Shown here: piece after piece, positions 49,301-64,000 of the stretch
Position numbering within the stretch: position 1 is the stretch's first letter
How the letters are laid out: every line of letters starts with the position of its first letter
Source of the DNA: Haplodiscus bocki
Taxonomy: Eukaryota
Assembly (NCBI GenBank): GCA_965655095.1
Contig: OZ296648.1
Location: 66,216,001-66,280,000 of the forward strand
Direction: 5' to 3'
Length of the DNA stretch: 64,000 nt
The notes under the pieces: generated by a model
What the model saw: the letters and a program-made list of their open reading frames with translations, nothing else
What the model was told of the DNA's origin: nothing
Databases searched by the model: none
Position numbers and translations under genes: made by a program

Positions 49301-52300
49301 CGTCTTCGAGGGTTTTTCTGTTCGGTGCCCTGGTCTTTAGGAAAAGTTGAAGCGCTTCTTTTCTCGAGTGAGCGAGAAGCTGGCTAATTTTAATTGCTTC
49401 CGTCATTTCTGGTTGAATTGTGAGTTTGTCTAGATCATGTTTTCGGAGAATCTGAACTTCTTGTTTTTTCAGTCGCTTTGTAGAGTGTTTTTGGAGGCTG
49501 GCTTTATAGTTGTTGCTGCATGGGCTCGTTTATTGGGAGCATTGTACGCGAAATATTCATCCAAACAAATAACCTTGTTGTTTGCCTCTGATTTCAATGT
49601 CGTGGTTCTCGTTCGGTTGGTGTCCGATGGATGACTAGTGATATTTGTGTTGGCAGATTTTGGATTTGGTGTGTCCCGTGAGATGATGGGTCATGTTGTG
49701 TAAGGATTCATGCTGTTAGAAACTCTAGGACTTGATTCGTTCCGATAGTTTGTACAGCCGCCATGTGATAAGTGTGATTCCGTTCAATATGTGTTCCTCT
49801 CACTGGAAAATCACTTGCCTCGTCAAGAGTTTACCGTTGAGACCCGTCATTCACATTTGATTCTTTCTTTGTAGTAAGTCTCTCGGATATGCTTTGAAAA
49901 AAGCAGTGCTCGCCAGTTGTTTCCTACGTTTCGAAGCTGCAGTGATGCTGGCAGCGACCAATCTAGATGACGCCTTCAATGACTTGACTGTTTTTCTGTT
50001 CCCAGGCCTTTTTGTATTGCTCGCTGGCACCGAAATAGCGTTCTAAATCTAATCCTTAACTGTTTGGAAAAAGATGCAACTCTATTTGTGGGATTCCCTT
50101 ACAACGTTTGAACCACCACTGTCTTCTTGTTGGTTGCCACTACAATTCCAATTTTAATAATAGTTAATTTGGAGTCAGTTAGGAGGTTGTTCACTGCAAC
50201 AGTTTATTTTCCACTATTCAGTGCGTCGCCAATAAAATTAAGTATGTCAATGTCATCTATTTGATTGAGAAGACAGCTGTTTTGCGGTCCCTTCTTTCGG
50301 ATTGAAACCATGTTCTTTTAACAAACGAATTTCAGTGAAGATGATTTTGGCCAGTTGAAACAACAATATTGAACAAACATATTTTAGATGAACAATTCAA
50401 GCGACAAAAGGAAGAATTTCAATCTGTTAATATTTTTCTGTGGAGCTGATTTTGGTGAACGTTTTTGATCGTCGCGTTTCCTCACAGAGTTTGTCAAGTT
50501 TGATCGCTAATCAGGTTGTTGGGCCGACGTCATTTCTGCAGAGCTAACTGTAACCTTAATTCAGAACAAAAATCAAAAGAATAAAATCACGTCACTCTAA
50601 CGTAGCCCCAAAAACAGGACCAGTTTTGAACATCAAAGAAGGAGATACTGACCATGTGAAGACTTAGTTTTGAGAATGTAAAACTTCGCGTTTTTGGGCA
50701 GGTGAAGTGCCAGCGGAGCGAAGCCTATTGAGACGATTGAAGAGAAATTAGAAACCTTGCGGTTTTTTATCTCGTGTCCAAAGTTACTGACATCACTCAG
50801 CGTTACTTAAAATTGAAGCTTTACATCTCAGGACGCATTGATCGGATCGTTCTAGTTTTTCAAAACCTGCACGGCAAGATCAAAACTGATCATTTCCCAA
50901 AAGTTTGGTGTACGAAACTTTTTCGCCAAGTTTTCTACAAAACGAAACAAAAAAAAGCCACAACTTTTCAGGGCAAATCGTTAGATTTGATTAGCATCAG
51001 TATCTTATGCATCTGATGGGTGCCTATACTAGTGGAATTGGTACAAAACAACTGTTTTTTGACGCCCTAAATTGTTTCACTTTTTTCAGCGGTGTTTGGG
51101 CCGAAAATTAGAGAAAACTACTAAAAAAAAGACCGGTTTTCCCCTCATTCGTTCACTGTGTGAACGAAATTTGGCTCCCGATTATTTGTTAACTACTGGG
51201 CAGAAAGACCTGTTTTTTTTTTGAAATAAGTGTTATTCAAGGCAGTCAAGGTTGACCATAAGTAAAAAAACTTTGCAGCGCCGAACTTTTACTTTTTTCG
51301 CCACAACAAAATAGCCGATAGTAATTGAAAAACGTTGATTTTCAGAAGACATGTGGTACTTTCGCCTTTTTGAAAGCTCATTTTGTCTGCGTTGTCTAAC
51401 AACGCTATCTAGCTGACAAAGAACCAGGAATTGGTTCCTTTGAAAAATTGTTGCAACATCTGACAGAAAGTAATGCGCAAGAATCAGAAAGTTCAAATTT
51501 TATTCCAATTGCATCAGGTTTGAGGCCTCCAAGTGTCTTGCTCCGTTTTATCTTGTCCAATTTCAAGGAGAAGGCAGCGCTTCAGTGAATGTTACACTTT
51601 TGAAAGTTTTGCAAAGTACAATCGGCAATTGGACAAAAAAACCAGAAAAACAATTTTTGTTCTCAAAATCGGGAAATTTTTTCGTAAGAAACGAAGCTTT
51701 TTCGAAACGGAAAGACTCTGCTAACAAACACCAATATAGCATGGACCAGGATGAACCTTTGCGTGACAATATCGGTTTTATCCTACCCACTGATTTTCTT
51801 GTTTAAAGAGAAAAATCCGAAAAATTTTCCAAAAGTTTATGTTCTCCCTTAATTTTGATCCATTTGGTAAATTTTACGCTTTGTTCGCTGATGGTGGTCA
51901 GCACGGTGCGATACCATGTTTTTGGCATTAGGCTTGTAACTGCTGGGCTTCAAAAACTTTTTGAGTGGCTATGGAAGATCTTTAGCAACGTATCCTGTTG
52001 AAGAAATTACCAATCAGTTTTCTCGATGCATGTGCATCTATGATCCGCGTTGAGAGCCTAAAATTCGACAAACTGCCTAAGAGTCGAACTGCTGCTACAA
52101 AGCATCGTTTTCATCGGAGGGGTGGTTTTTGAACTTCGCGAGCGTTTGGCAAATGATTTTGCGCCAACGATTTTGAACTATTTACAACTTATAGCAAGCT
52201 GACATCAAACAGACAAACAAACGACACTTCGCAGGTTTATCAATCAAGTCCTTCAATTTCATTTAGACGAGAACATCCGATTCCATTAAGAACAAAAACT

Positions 52301-52402
52301 AACCAATTTACCGTTGTGAAGACAGATAAATTATTATCTTCTACCGAAAAGCTACATCTCCCACAAGTTTCGGCTGAAATTTTTTCTAAATAGCTTCCAG
52401 GC

Positions 52403-52970
52403 CAGTGTTAGTGTTTTAAACACTTTTAACGGAATTAAACAAAAAAACATGTTTTAATTGAAAGAAAACAGGTTTTTTGTTTTTTATGTTTTTCATTTCC
52501 TATGTCAAAACAAGATGGATTTGACCAATGTTTAATTACAAAATTACTGGTTTAGTTGCTGGTGCAAAAATGCCAGTTTTCCAGCTTTTGCAACTCCAAG
52601 ACGTGTGCGGAGACAGCCGTAGGTTAAACCCAATCTTGAGAAGTGGCGCTCTAATCCAGACGAAAAAGCCACCGCCGAACACAGAGAAACTGCCACTTTA
52701 ATAAGTGACTCGCCGAAGCCCAAGCGTTTTCCGGTATTTCACCATGATATAGGGTCCACCTTAAAGTACGATCCCTCAAACAACGATACAGAAAATGGTG
52801 GTTCTTTGGCGAGAAATTTAACAGTCTCTGGTATTAAATCATCACTTAGGCTTTCAATATAGGCATTGGTTTCAGCTGTTTCAAGTGGAGATAAAGATTT
52901 TCCACAAAATCGATAGTCAATGAGATATGCGGCTAGCTGAACACCTGAAGATGCCATTTTCGTCGCCATT
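52403..52970 (-). pseudogene. hAT transposase C-terminal remnant (dimerization domain) with terminal repeat
   Basis: ORF 52739..52993 continues past a TGA (likely TGG) in frame: DPISW*NTGKRLGFGESLIKVAVSLCSAVAFSSGLERHFSRLGLTYGCLRTRLGVAKAGKLAFL, stop at 52544. This matches the hAT WW...S.ER.FS...R..L pattern. CAGTGTT terminus at 52403. Confidence 0.75.
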
Positions 52971-53105
52971 TTAATGAAACAATGGACATTCATTAACTAA
53001 GGGAACACAAATAGCACACAGCTGTTGACCGAGGGTTTGATTCACATAGCAATTATTCGCACGAGAAGCGTATTTCAAGGCTGGCAAGGCAATGGTTTCT
53101 CTATA

Positions 53106-53205
53106 CACTGTTGTTTAAAAAAACACGTGTTTCTTTAAATTGTTTTAAACATGTTTTTTTTTATCGATGTGTTTAAAACGTCTTGTTTTAAACATGCCAA
53201 CCCAG
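53106..53205. mobile_element. Short hAT-type MITE
   Basis: CACTGTTG...CAACCCAG degenerate TIRs with internal TTTAAAC/TGTTT repeats like those next to the hAT terminus at 52403. Confidence 0.5.
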
Positions 53206-53989
53206 TTCCAGGCCAAAATCATTCGTTCGATATGTGCTAAAATATAACACTGTTCAAGAACTAAAGCAAGATAGAGATCAATCGAACCATTACGTGTTGT
53301 GATATACGTCTCTGAAACCAAGATACGCGGATGATACGTCGCGTTTATTGCTTTTTGAAAAAAATGTAATTGAAAAGTCTTTGATGAACTATGACGCGTC
53401 ACAAAGCTTTGAATCAAGTTCTCCCGTTTAATTTGGGCAAAATTTGACAACATTGAGAAACGAAAGGATGATATACTTTTGGGCAGATTGCTAAACTCTA
53501 CTGCTAAGTCTCTTTCTAACAATTTCCAATGAAGAACATTCCAATTGCCAGTCAGACTCCATTTGAGCGCAGTTTCACTCACGCAGTAATACTGAAGCAA
53601 AAGTCAGATCAACTGAACACCTGCTCAAAAATCATAATGTAGCTTCGGAAGACTACATACCAGAGTAAATGTTGTACGTTTTCCAAGTCAAAACTTTTGC
53701 AAAATTGAGATGTAGTGAACGCTTAGCTGTTAAAAAACAAGTTAACTGGAGACTTGAAAACAACTTACCCCGAGGAAAATTTTTAGTTTCATACAATTCA
53801 GTAGATATCCATACGCCCTCGAATCAACCCAAACTCTCTAAAACTCAATCGAATTGTTTTGTTCCAATTAGACATCCATAGTGCTTTTTAGTTTCCGTCG
53901 TAATATGTTACGAAAGGAAACTTTTTCCCTCAGTAGCTTGATTTTTTCCCGGAATCTGCCAATTCGGAGTGAATATGTTCACCTTTTTT

Positions 53990-54260
53990 AAAAGTTTTTT
54001 TCCAAATGTTACTATGGTTTCGTAGAATCCAATTTTGAAAAAACCAACGAAAAATTTTCATTGAAATTCCGTTTTACAAAATATTTTTCTGGACACGTAA
54101 AATGCAATTTTGGCAACCATGCTGAGAATTCTTCACCCAAAGTCCGAAAAAAATTATTACCTAAAAAATTTTAACATTTAATTTTTTCCTCCGAAAATGT
54201 TTCTCTGGACAAAGCAGCTTTGACAACCATGCCAAAAATTTCTCTCTTGCAGTCCGATTT
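53990..54260 (+). repeat. Degenerate ~110 bp tandem-unit repeat (CTGGACACGTAAAATGCAATTTTGGCAACCATGC...GTCCGA)
   Basis: 2-3 diverged units; a related unit occurs at ~13990-14060. Confidence 0.5.
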
Positions 54261-57136
54261 TGTGGTTGTGGTCCGATAAAATTTCGAAAGTTTGCTCTGC
54301 GATAGAATCTTGAAAACCGAGCTGATTTTGGCCAATTCCTCCAAATTTGCAAAAAATATAAGGTCGTTTGTCTCCGCATGTAGGACTCCAAACTGCCTCA
54401 ATTTCGAACATGCTTGTCAAAAAAACTCCGTTTTACAACACGTTGAAGGATCAATGGTCCGATAATTGTTCGAGAACTTTGTTAACGACAGAAGCTTGAA
54501 AACCAAGCTAAACTTGACTGTTTCGACAAAAATTGTCATTTTTTTGGGTCGATTATAATTAACTCTAGCGCTCGAATTTGCTTCAATTTTAAATAAGCTG
54601 AACGAGGACAGCAATTTTTATCGCAGAGTAACTTCCAGTTATGGTCCGATAGCTCTGCGATATTTCATCTGCGAAAGAAAACTGAAAAATAAGACAATTT
54701 AGTCTACTTGCAATTGAAGTTTGTCAGACTATGAGTTATTTGTTTAATCAAATAGGGTTCCAAATTACATAACTTCCGCAAAAATTTCCAAAGGAGACTC
54801 TCTGTGCTCACACACTGTTTTTTGGTTGCGGTCTTACAACATTGTTTTGTTGCGAAACGAAATTTGAAAGCGAGCTAATTTCAACTACTCTGACTTTATT
54901 TGTCAAATTTCAACTCGTTTGTTTCAACATGTAGGGCTGTATATTTCATCAATTTCAGAGAACTTTATAGAACGGCTCTTTTTTCAGCACATATTAGGAT
55001 TCGGTTGCGGTCGAATAATTTTTAGATCTATTTTCTGGCCACGAAGTTTGGAAATCGCGCTTATTTGAGCATTTCGAATTTTTTGGGACACTCGGATCAT
55101 TTTTTGGTACCTAATTTTCGGATCTATTTTGAGCTCGAACAACTCCAACGAAAAAACTCAAATCTAAAAGTTTTCAGTTTTCGTTCTATGACGGAGTTTT
55201 TGAAGAGGTTTTTTTTTCTAGGAAAAATCTTCAAATTCGAGATATTCAAAACACTTTGTCATATTTTTTCGTCCATTGCACGGAAAACAAAACCATGAAA
55301 AAAAATTTCTCCACAATATCGTCAGAAAATGTCACAAAAAATTATTCTTGTACAATTTGGTTGCTTACAAACAAAATTTTGTGGCCTTTCATACGAAAGA
55401 ATCATGAAAAACCAGCCAATTTTGTTCTTCCGAAAAAAATTTGAAATTAAACCGTTTAATTTTGCACCCAGACATTCAATTTATTTGGAGCTTCAATGAT
55501 TGCCTCCCATTTATGAAATAGTAGCTTTGCTTCTGTGTCAATGTTTCTCGATAGGTTTTTATTTCAGAAATTTTTGGAAATCGTTTTTTTTTTGAAGTCT
55601 TTACTGGAGGAAAATCTTCTTTTTTCAAACTGATCTCTAATGAAAGAAGTTAAATGATCTCTTTCGGTTTGGCGCCCATTATCGATAGATTTTTAGCCAG
55701 AAAAACTTGAAAATTCAACAAATTTCTACAACTTGATTTTTTTGTCAAATTTGGTACCACGTCTTGAAAGATGGGTGACACAGCACAGATTATCCATTGG
55801 CATAACAAAGACGCTCCTGTTTTTCAGCAATCAACTTCTGGTTTAGGTTAGACGTTTTTTGTTTGATTTTTCGGCGACAGATTGTAATAATCCAGCCATT
55901 TTTGATATTTTGAACTTTCTGTCAATTTTCACTGCGTTGGAGCAGTTTAATCTGGAAATTACCAATTTCCTCCAATACTGTAAGCAGGAATTGCCAACTT
56001 TTCACCTTTTGTTTTTTAGGTCGGAAAACGTTTCAATATTACTGAAACAAAACAAACTTAAAGACCGAAATTTAACGGTCATTTGAATGTTTTGTGAATC
56101 TTTGGTCCTGTATCCTGCAATCGAGGACTGAAAGTGAGGTTGATTTAGCATTGAATAAAAAAGACACACCAGCATGTCACAAACAACTTTTTTTGTAGTC
56201 AGAATTTTTTGTTGCGTTTTCTTCGAAAAACAGTGAAATCGATCTTCTGAATACTTTTCAAAAGCTTGGATCTATCAAATTTTTCAAGAACTTTTCCGCG
56301 ATTTATCACTGATTGCACGAGTGTAGTCGTTTTATCATAGATCATTTGCGATAGAAAAGACAAGGGCTTGAATTCTTCCGACAAAATTTCAATCGAAAAC
56401 CACTTGTTTTACGTTCGGTCGTTCATTTTTGTACCCATTTGACGGCAAATGTCGCAATGCTACTGCTTTTTTTTTCAAGAAAAAACCAAGTTCAGGAGAC
56501 ATAACGTTTTCAAATCGGCAAACTTCTGCACGAAAACAATTTTTTCCGAAAATTTCTCATGAAAAACTTCGCGATCGGTACAAGTCAATATATGCTGTAA
56601 TTAATTGCTGTAATGCTGATGGAAAATTGAGATAGATTGCAGTCTCAGATGTCAAGACATGAGTTTTTGATAGCTTTTCCAGAATAAAAGCAGCAAATGT
56701 TCCGGCGTTTTCGAAATGAGAATGCAGTTTGAAGTTTTGATATTGAGTGACACTGTCGGTCGCATTTTTACGTTCCCCATTGAGACAGTTTTCACTTTCG
56801 TTGAGGCAAAAGGGATGTTGTGAAAGAAGCATGACAAGAATAAAGTGGAGAACCTCCAATTTGTCTTTAGTGGGAATATTTTCGCAAAACCATTTTCGCA
56901 AAAAATTATCTACGAAGTCTCTGCAGTTTGAGGCAAAACTGTGCTTCGCAACACTTGCACCACCGTACTTGTGAACAAATTGACTAAATTAAACTCAATT
57001 TTGAAGCAGCTACGATGCTAAGAATACTGTTGATAACAAGTGATCAAGAATTAACTTCATCCGCATTTATATACAAATGCCATCATTTGTCATTCACTTG
57101 ATATTTCAAATTAAATTACCGATTCTCAAGTGATAA

Positions 57137-57190
57137 TGGCAGTCAGTAGAGCATCCGACTTCAGCGTGAAAGGTACCATGTTCGAGACAA
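57137..57190 (+). repeat. tRNA-derived (SINE-like) remnant, not a functional tRNA
   Basis: A-box-like TGGCAGTCAGTAGAGC and B-box GTTCGAGAC (57180-57188) at tRNA spacing. No intact acceptor stem. Confidence 0.4.
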
Positions 57191-59175
57191 GCATAATTCC
57201 TCCTCACTTTGGTCAAAATCAAGGAACTTGTGCGAGTTGACAATGGATCGAATATTCAGAAGCCTGCTGTGATATGATACTTGCTTCTACAATTGTAACA
57301 AGTCTAGAGGATCAATCGGATCAAGAACAAAATGTGGTAAAATGCTGATTGTTTTCGACTATTGCTCAACATTAAGTAGTGAGAAAAGTGACCTGCTTAT
57401 TTGCTTGCTAGTTAAGAAAGCGGGAAACCAACGTGGCAGTCATGAACGACGTCATACCTTCGTTGTCAGAATAAGTAAGGACTTGTCAAGACAACGGAGA
57501 AAATGGAAACAACTATCTATTTGAATAATTCGTTCTTTACTCAAGTATATTCGCAAACAAATAAGACCTCGATAGACTATCGTTGTCTGAGATAAATTTA
57601 ACACACAAATATTTCTCAACTTCTTGCGGGTTCCCGTATGGTCTATATATGCACACTTTGATCGCTGTGTTTGGCAGTCATAATGACCAACTTTTTGAAT
57701 TTACATAAAGCCCATGTGATGAAACAGGCTGACTAAGCCCTACAAAATCCATTTTGAAGCTCGATATCTTGAAAACTGGAGAAACAGATCTATTAGTCCT
57801 ACGACTTGTGAACCATACTTTTCGTCTGGAAATCCTACCGTCAATACTTCCGTAGTTACGAAAGACTTTTTTGGTGTTTGTTCAACTTTTCTGGGTAGAA
57901 ACAACATTTTCGGTCAAAGTTATCAATCGAAGCTTTTAGATCTTTTGATGCCTTTGGTATGCTTCGATTTCAAAAAAGAATTCTGAGAAATTTAGCAGTT
58001 TGAATGCTGAAAATTGAATTTTCATCCCAAAACATGTAACTTAATTTTTTTTGCTCAAAAAAAATTAGATTACGACGCTTTTGAATTAAATATTTCTGAA
58101 ATCGAAGCATACCAGAGCCTTTCTCGAAAAAAACTTTTATAATGCACTAATAAATGGAAACCCCAAATTTGCCAAAAAGTTTCAGCAAGCCGAGAGAGTC
58201 CCAAAACGGTGGCACCCGTAAAATATTTTTTAGCCGTTTTTTTCACAACATTTTACAGAGAGGCGGAGCTGTACTTTGCAAAATTTGCGCCAACGAAAGA
58301 TAAAAAATTCAAGAAATAAAGATGATTTTTAAAGGTACTATGAAAACTACTGATTAAAGAATTGAACAGAAATTTAACTAACTGTTAATTCTCATGAACC
58401 TATACACAAGTGTAACAAGTACAACAGCTATAGCAGTTGATTCGCCCGAAATTTAATTAAAACAAGTGTGCAGGCAGGAAAATAGGCCATGTGATCAAAT
58501 TTTTGCAATTGAGCTCGAGCGCATGGACAAATTTGATCAAAAAAAACGAAAGCGCATGAACAAAATCTACGCAACATTAGAATGTTGAAACAAATGCAAG
58601 TTGTGAACGGATCGAAAAAAATGAAAACAAGCCTGTGATTTAACACTTGCAAGAGTAAAAATCACTTCCTTCCGGTCTGCATTGAACTGCCGACAAGACA
58701 AAAAACGATGTCTTAATAATCGAGTAAAGCATCTTTGTGGCGTGTGAAGTCATTATTTTCGTCACCTGGATTTTATTTTTTTATACAACAGACATATTAG
58801 AAAATTTTACTAAACATTTCCTCCAAGCAAGGTGGTTCTTGCAAAACTTGGGACTATTTTCTGTGAAAAATGGCATAAACAAGTGAGTATCTTGTTTTTC
58901 AAGTGTCCGAAAATTTTGAGTAAGAATTTTGGGATTTCCGTCTCGAGTCTGTATCGAAGTATTAAAGAACCGTTCATTTTGGACCACAATGATACGTAGA
59001 GGTGATTTTGCTAAATCTAAAAGATCCTATTTGGATCTTTTACTAGTGAAATAAGTCACAAACAAGCGGCTTTTTAGTGAAGTAAATCGCCGATTAAATA
59101 ATTATTTAACTAGCTCAACATTGAAAATTTTAGCAAATAATTTTTTGTAGTTTCCTGAGCGTTTTATTTCTTTTT

Positions 59176-64000
<4,825 letters not shown>

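Larger units (their letters stand above)
40300..50496 (-). mobile_element. Large decayed Gypsy-type element: gag, pol and an env-like ORF
   Basis: gag start MVSIRKK at 50311. Protease GFIDTGALS (47921-47929). RT CAQYVDDI (46451-46462). RNase H VLMTDA (~46010). IN fragments (RHPGIEKTMQ, IITTDNGSVF, HAQTIGLLEQAH; 45100-44580). Further Cys-containing ORF fragments at 43300-41425. All are interrupted by stops and frameshifts. Confidence 0.8.

Noticed and set aside
50990-52260. Possible MULE/FLYWCH transposase remnant (DGCLY, LFADG, EGWF fragments)
   Set aside because: The motifs are short, in different frames and too decayed to support without a search.
57137-57190. Functional tRNA gene
   Set aside because: Only A/B-box-like motifs remain; acceptor and anticodon stems cannot be formed.

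Overview
AT-rich, repeat-dense eukaryotic (invertebrate animal-like) genomic DNA made mostly of nested retroelements and non-autonomous DNA transposons. (1) 1-7384 (+) is the 3' part of a young Ty3/Gypsy LTR retrotransposon with pol order PR-RT-RNaseH-IN, one premature TAA at 3023, a PPT and a ~1.3 kb 3' LTR. Its Pol carries a complete TARG1/OARD1-type macrodomain between RNase H and integrase with both catalytic residues (Lys84 and Asp125 equivalents) intact; this is the most interesting object in the window. The same element has extra ATG-less and Cys-rich ORFs between pol and the LTR. (2) 18949-22066 is an internally deleted Gypsy (Mag-like) element with both ~207 bp LTRs. (3) 34220-50496 holds decayed Gypsy-type elements on both strands, one with gag-pol plus an env-like remnant, and includes an apparently identical 441 bp tandem duplication. 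(4) There is also a hAT transposase remnant, several MITEs and a dispersed Helitron/SINE-like family. (5) 59176-64000 (-) holds the last four coding exons of the host histone acetyltransferase KAT5/Tip60. All calls come from reading and motif recognition only; no database searches were run.
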